Positions 59,765 to 64,000 of a stretch of 64,000 nt of DNA are shown here, in pieces. The stretch comes from an uncultured Nitrososphaerota archaeon (GTDB taxonomy: Archaea; Thermoproteota; EX4484-205; JAAOZP01): positions 24,484 through 88,483 of the forward strand of contig CAYQCW010000010.1 of NCBI GenBank assembly GCA_964416155.1. Direction: 5' to 3'. Each line of letters starts with the position of its first letter. Position 1 is the stretch's first letter. Made by a program: the position numbers and the translations under genes. The notes beneath the pieces were generated by a model. That model had not been told where the DNA came from. It saw nothing but the letters and a program-made list of their open reading frames with translations, and did no database searches.

Positions 59765-60079
59765 ACCAATAATACTTTCCGAATCAGCTCATCCAACAGT
59801 TTTAAGAATCTAATCCTAAGATTTGCATTTTCTTTTTTGGGATTGAACTGAAAACGAAAAGGCGTATGCTGGGAGTCTTATTTCTTTAAAGGGATAGTAA
59901 AGTATAAATCGCATCTAAGGAAATTACTTAATAGAGCAAGCTAACGGAAGTGTCGTATTCAAGCTATAAAGCACAAGAAACGCCCCCTATACGATGTTCA
60001 ATTCTACCCATAAATCTACACACCCGAATACCCCGACGGAAAGAGGATCCCGGAGAACTTAATAGCACGCAGTGGCTGA
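59765..60079 (+). pseudogene. Class I glutamine amidotransferase (GuaA-like) remnant
   Basis: IILSES near 59770; KCRIQAIKHKKRPLYDVQFYP* (59948-60013), a decayed form of PLYGVQFHPE; then GKRIPENL. Confidence 0.6.
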
Positions 60080-60258
60080 GACGAAAATTTTAAATCCCTT
60101 ATTGTGAAAGTCCTCGAAAGAGAACTTACCCTCCACCTCTGGATTTCATCTAATGATGGCGTTTCGCAGGAAAGATAGACTTCCCTTATCGCTGAGATCA
60201 GGTCAGAGCGCGAGCTAAAGCTTATAAGTTCCTCGATGAAAAAAGCTGCGATAGTTCC

Positions 60259-61125
60259 ATGAAATGCAGATCCCTAGTATCTCTCGCCTCGATCCTGTTA
60301 GTACTCTCGATGGGCTTCTCCACGTCCTTCCCCCAGAAGCCCTTTACCGTCAAAAAGGCGATGCTGACGATCTACAGGGATGGGAACGTTCGCATTGAGG
60401 TAGAACTCTTCGTCGGCGAATCAGAATTTTCAATCATGCTCCCGCTCCTAACGTCCTCGGACAAAGTCTGGGAGATCGTCGTCCTCAACGGAACAGGTGC
60501 CCTGCTAGACTACGACTTAAACGATTACAACATAACCATATACTCCCTAGGTTCCACAGACGTGACGCTTGAGTACTACACCTCCGCCCTTACCTCAAAG
60601 GAAGCTGACCTCTGGACCATCAAGTTCAGCTCACCCTTCGAGCTTACGGTGGAGTTTCCGGTGAACGCGACCATCATCTTCTTCAACAGGGTTCCCTCCG
60701 CCATAAGGACCAAGGACGGGGTAATCTCCCTCGACCTTCAACCGGGGGAATGGGAGATCAGCTATCATATTCCGATAGTATCGCCCCAACCCCCTACCCC
60801 TGGTTCACAAACCGACCAAAAAACCCCACAACCCTTGCCTATTTTGCAGATAGGCATCATCGCCATTGCTGTCTCCGTATCCGCTTTAGTTATAGCCTTT
60901 GCCCTTATCAAGGGTAAGAAGGGGTTTAGGGGACTAAGCGGTGAGGAGGCCGAGATAGTGCAGTACTTAAGGGAAAGGGGGGGGAGGGCCCTTGAGGCCG
61001 AGCTCAGGGAAAGGTTCCCCTACATACCGAGGACGAGCATGTGGCGCACGATAAGGCGTCTGGAGAAAAAGGGCGTCGTCAGCGTGAGGAAGGTAGGTCT
61101 ACAAAACGTCGTTGAGCTCAAGTAG
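60259..61125 (+). CDS. Membrane-tethered winged-helix regulator (extracellular beta domain, Pro linker, TM, C-terminal wHTH; COG2512-like)
   Basis: Signal peptide, PQPPTP linker, TM, then LSGEEAEIV.YL.ERGG..E.ELR...PRTSMWR..RRLEKKG.V...KVG.QN.V.L. Confidence 0.8.
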   Translation: MKCRSLVSLASILLVLSMGFSTSFPQKPFTVKKAMLTIYRDGNVRIEVELFVGESEFSIMLPLLTSSDKVWEIVVLNGTGALLDYDLNDYNITIYSLGSTDVTLEYYTSALTSKEADLWTIKFSSPFELTVEFPVNATIIFFNRVPSAIRTKDGVISLDLQPGEWEISYHIPIVSPQPPTPGSQTDQKTPQPLPILQIGIIAIAVSVSALVIAFALIKGKKGFRGLSGEEAEIVQYLRERGGRALEAELRERFPYIPRTSMWRTIRRLEKKGVVSVRKVGLQNVVELK

Positions 61126-61210
61126 GGAAAAAGGCGATTTGATTTCCTGACACTTCTAAGGGTCGTCTAATCTGAGGACCTAAAATGCCTTTTCTTAACG
61201 TTTCTGGCAC

Positions 61211-61243
61211 TGAAACGCCGCGTTTCAAAGTGTTCCTTAAGTA
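61211..61243 (+). promoter_or_regulatory. Perfect palindrome TGAAACGC-C-GCGTTTCA followed by TATA-like CTTAAGTA
   Basis: 8-bp inverted repeat at 61211-61227, TATA at 61236-61243, SD-like AGGTGAT before the ATG at 61278. Confidence 0.6.
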
Positions 61244-61277
61244 CGATTGCTTTCCATCAGGCAGTAGGTGATGTGGG

Positions 61278-62276
61278 ATGGTGTGGAAAAAGGCAATCTA
61301 TGTACCGGTGATATGCGTACTGATGATATTATCTTTAACTGCAGTTGCAATCCCCCTGTCTCCGAACTCAGAAGAATCTGGCAACCTGGCTGAAAAGGCT
61401 AGGAGGATACTCTTGGTAACTGACTCAGCTAAGAATGCAACTCAGAGGCTGATAATCTCTGTGAAAGGAAACGAGACCGCAACGGCCCTCATTGAGGAAG
61501 CGGGTCTAATGGATGATTTTGAAGGCAACGTAATGCGATTTCGAGATGGCGTCTCAATCCTTGAAGATGCACATGGTTCCTTCAACAAAGGAAACTATGA
61601 GGATGCCATATCTAAAGCGATGGAGGCGCTAGCGATATTCAGGGAAGTCTTTAGAAATATCAACAGGATCCTCTGCTCCGCGAAAATCAAAAGCCACGAG
61701 ATCATGGATGGACGGGGCCTCATCATAGCCATGAGCCTGGCTTTAAACAGGGTCGAGAGGCTGGAAAAGCTTGCAGAGGCCCTTAATGAAAAAGGCGTTG
61801 ATGCGAGCGACGTTATGGGGCTATTGAATCAAGCCAGAGGAAAATTAAACATCGATGAGGCGAAGAGGTTACTCGAACAAGGAGACGTCTCAACCGTCGC
61901 GCGCAACCTTGCTGAGGCCAACAGGCTCATCGCAGAGGCTTCGCGCATGCTGAATGCAAAAAACAGGAGGCTAATCGCCGAGAGGGTAAAGCAATACCTC
62001 GAACGCTTGCGAGCCAGGGTCAGGGAAAGGCTTCGGGAGATGGACGTTACTGAGGAGGAGTTCTTTAAGGGTTGGAACTTCAACGTCGATGAGTTCTGGA
62101 GGATGCAGTTGGAAGCATTAGAGAGGGTCCGAAGCCGCATAGAGGAGAGAAGATTCAACGATATACTCTCCGATTTGAGGGAGCTCGGGAGGAAAATTAA
62201 CGAGTTCAGGCATGAGTTAGAATTTAGAATTCAGCAGCGTAAGGGTATACCTGGACCTAAACAAGGGAAGCCCTAG
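61278..62276 (+). CDS. Secreted or anchored alpha-helical, highly charged protein
   Basis: Signal peptide followed by E/R/A/L-rich helical repeats. Confidence 0.75.
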   Translation: MVWKKAIYVPVICVLMILSLTAVAIPLSPNSEESGNLAEKARRILLVTDSAKNATQRLIISVKGNETATALIEEAGLMDDFEGNVMRFRDGVSILEDAHGSFNKGNYEDAISKAMEALAIFREVFRNINRILCSAKIKSHEIMDGRGLIIAMSLALNRVERLEKLAEALNEKGVDASDVMGLLNQARGKLNIDEAKRLLEQGDVSTVARNLAEANRLIAEASRMLNAKNRRLIAERVKQYLERLRARVRERLREMDVTEEEFFKGWNFNVDEFWRMQLEALERVRSRIEERRFNDILSDLRELGRKINEFRHELEFRIQQRKGIPGPKQGKP

Positions 62277-62371
62277 CTCAGTGAGCAAGGACCCTTTCCC
62301 CTCTCCCATGTGACACCTTACCCAAGCTCTCCTTCGCTCAAAAATTTTGGGGGAATTATATTTTTACGAGT

Positions 62372-62515
62372 TGTTTTCAAACCATACTCCCTAAGCCTTC
62401 TCTCAGCCTCACGGCTGCTCAAACCCCTAACACTAGTCCCCAGCCTCTCAAACACTTCCCGCAGCTCAAGAGCGTGAAAAGCGTTCTCCTTCTCGCCAGA
62501 CGTTTCCCGGTCGAG
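62372..62515 (-). pseudogene. N-terminal remnant of a P-type cation-transporting ATPase
   Basis: Reverse strand reads AFHALELREVFERLGTSVRGLSSREAERRLREYGL (Cation_ATPase_N signature); the similarity stops there. Confidence 0.75.
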
Positions 62516-62614
62516 CGGTAGACCAAGGGTTAATAAAGCTTCAACTCATATAGAATAAAAGCTATCTATTGCAACACATGCTCAAGAGCCAAAGAAACAC
62601 TGAACCACAGGCCT

Positions 62615-62629
62615 CGAAAAATTAATATA
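62615..62629 (+). promoter_or_regulatory. BRE/TATA of the tRNA gene
   Basis: CGAAAAATTAATATA ends 26 nt upstream of tRNA position 1. Confidence 0.6.
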
Positions 62630-62654
62630 GCACGCAACAACCATACGCTCCGGC

Positions 62655-62776
62655 AGCCCGGTCGTCTAGCGGTCAATGGAAGGTAAGGCTTAGATCCCGA
62701 CTAGGGATGGCGGGCTCTGGATCCCGTGTGGAGAGGAAACCCGTTGACGAGAGTTCGAATCTCTCCCGGGCTACCA
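62655..62776 (+). tRNA. tRNA-Gln(CUG) with two introns (62677-62704 at position 21/22; 62721-62738 at position 37/38), CCA encoded
   Basis: Acceptor AGCCCGG/CCGGGCT-A-CCA, anticodon arm GCGGG-CTCTGGA-CCCGT after splicing, T-arm GAGAG-TTCGAAT-CTCTC, BHB-like motifs at both introns. Confidence 0.9.
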
Positions 62777-62960
62777 ACAAACCTCAGATTAGGACACTGG
62801 CCATTCTGAATTTCATTTCAGCCTAATTTTGTTTCCGGACTATCTGCAAACTAGCTCCTACACACGCATACGTACATATCAACGGGCAGAATTCCTTAGA
62901 ACCTGAAAAACTTATTAATAGAAGAAATTTGGCAAGAAAGGGCTGCAGGAGGGACATATC

Positions 62961-63848
62961 GTGAAAGTTTGGGGAGTTAGAGACTTCTATTCTCGCCTAG
63001 AGCATATTAGCGAGGAAGGAAGCAAGTTTTCACTCGGCTATTTTGCTCTTGCTGTAACATCAGCCGTTCTTGCCACAGGGGGCTTGTTAGCTAACAGTGT
63101 GGCAGTAATAATTGGCTCCATGTGTGTCGCACCGTTTCTACCTCCTTCAAGAGCGTTTTGTATCGGATGGATATACAAAAAGTGGAAAATTGTTGGTAAA
63201 GGCTTGTTTAAGCAGCTATTCGGTCTCCTAGCAGGGTCCGCAATAGCATTTTTAGTTGCTGTAACTTTTTCACTTTTCTTATCAGAAGTCGCTGTAACGC
63301 CAGAGATAATGGCTAGAACGTTACCGACACTCAAAGATGTTTATCTCTCCGTGTTTATCGCAATATCATCCGGTGTTGCTGCTTCTCTTGCACTGGTTGC
63401 CAATCCGAGAATAGTTTCAGAACCGTGGCAACAGCTGCTAGATGTGATGGTTGGAACTGAAATTGCAATCTCTTTGATTCCGCCAGCGTCAGTTATGGGG
63501 ATAGGACTTGCACTTAGCCGTTTTGATGTGTTTCTTCATTCTCTTGCTTTATTAGTTATTAACGTCGTTAGTCTAGACATCGTGGGCAGTATTCCAATTT
63601 TGTATATAGCTGGAATTGGGCCTAAACCACTGCAATTAGAAAGGAGAATAAAAGAAATAGCAGGAAATGTCATAGAAAACAATGTTGAAACAGATGAAAT
63701 ATTGACAGAAGTAGTTTTCCACGACTATGAGAAAGTAGATATTTGTGTTAACGTTCATGCAACTGAAATACACGACTTTGACCGGTTACTTGCAAAAAGA
63801 ATCTCTGAAGAAATAAAAAAAAAGAAACCGGACTTTCGAGTAATGTGA
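62961..63848 (+). CDS. DUF389/TIGR00341 family membrane protein, probably frameshifted near its 3' end
   Basis: A..GLL.NS.AVIIG.M.VAP, PEI.ART.P, IAI.SG, G..IAISLIPP. A9 run at 63815-63823, with an alternative frame ending at 63889. Confidence 0.85.
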   Translation: MKVWGVRDFYSRLEHISEEGSKFSLGYFALAVTSAVLATGGLLANSVAVIIGSMCVAPFLPPSRAFCIGWIYKKWKIVGKGLFKQLFGLLAGSAIAFLVAVTFSLFLSEVAVTPEIMARTLPTLKDVYLSVFIAISSGVAASLALVANPRIVSEPWQQLLDVMVGTEIAISLIPPASVMGIGLALSRFDVFLHSLALLVINVVSLDIVGSIPILYIAGIGPKPLQLERRIKEIAGNVIENNVETDEILTEVVFHDYEKVDICVNVHATEIHDFDRLLAKRISEEIKKKKPDFRVM

Positions 63849-64000
63849 AAATAATTATTACGCCTGTTCTTATATCTAGTAAACCTTAGAAGCTTAGTTA
63901 CTCCTACGCAAAAGGCGGTTTTCTTTAAAAAGAAGATCATATTGCCGGTTAAGAGGAACATGTCGTTTTTTGATTATACAGCACGCGCTGGCTTCTTTTT

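Noticed and set aside
60152-60196. ATGATGG...CTGA as a C/D box sRNA
   Set aside because: Imperfect C box, no clear internal D'/C' pair, and no target can be verified.
62678-62697. Possible nested intron inside the D-loop intron (GGA-AGGT-AAG-GCTT-AGA-TCC)
   Set aside because: The helix relies on two G-U pairs and a 3-nt loop, and is not needed to explain the mature tRNA.
1-64000. CRISPR array, rRNA, transposase or integrase
   Set aside because: No regularly spaced repeats, rRNA-like tracts or recombinase motifs were seen by eye.

Overview
Archaeal chromosome segment. Evidence: aIF1/SUI1, deoxyhypusine synthase, Sec11-type signal peptidase, TATA/BRE promoters and an intron-containing tRNA. 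The gene mix (many glycoside hydrolases, multi-intron tRNA) suggests a TACK-group heterotroph such as Brockarchaeota or Bathyarchaeia; that placement is inference only. Housekeeping content: his cluster (hisC-G-A-B-F-E-H-I, no hisD), pyr cluster (pyrF-E-B-K-C-D with divergent carA), ilvE, mtnA and a leuB-family start. Carbohydrate content: GH94, two GH5, GH18 and a DUF4838-like protein. From about 53.5 kb to the end, and patchily at 23-32 kb, there are many decayed gene remnants that the ORF track misses. Most unusual: (1) a translationally coupled luxE-luxC-SDR acyl-reductase operon without luciferase; (2) two intact apparent pseudo-enzymes, a threonine-synthase fold lacking the PLP lysine fused to PadR and a DeoC fold lacking its catalytic residues divergent from mtnA; (3) a MacB/FtsX-type ABC system with a 734-aa membrane-anchored protein carrying a symmetric helical hairpin; (4) a membrane-tethered wHTH gene followed by a perfect palindrome and a secreted helical protein; (5) a stand-alone DNA-ligase DNA-binding domain; (6) tRNA-Gln(CUG) with two introns. 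No CRISPR array, rRNA, integrase or transposase was seen. Family assignments come from motif recognition by eye, not from database searches.
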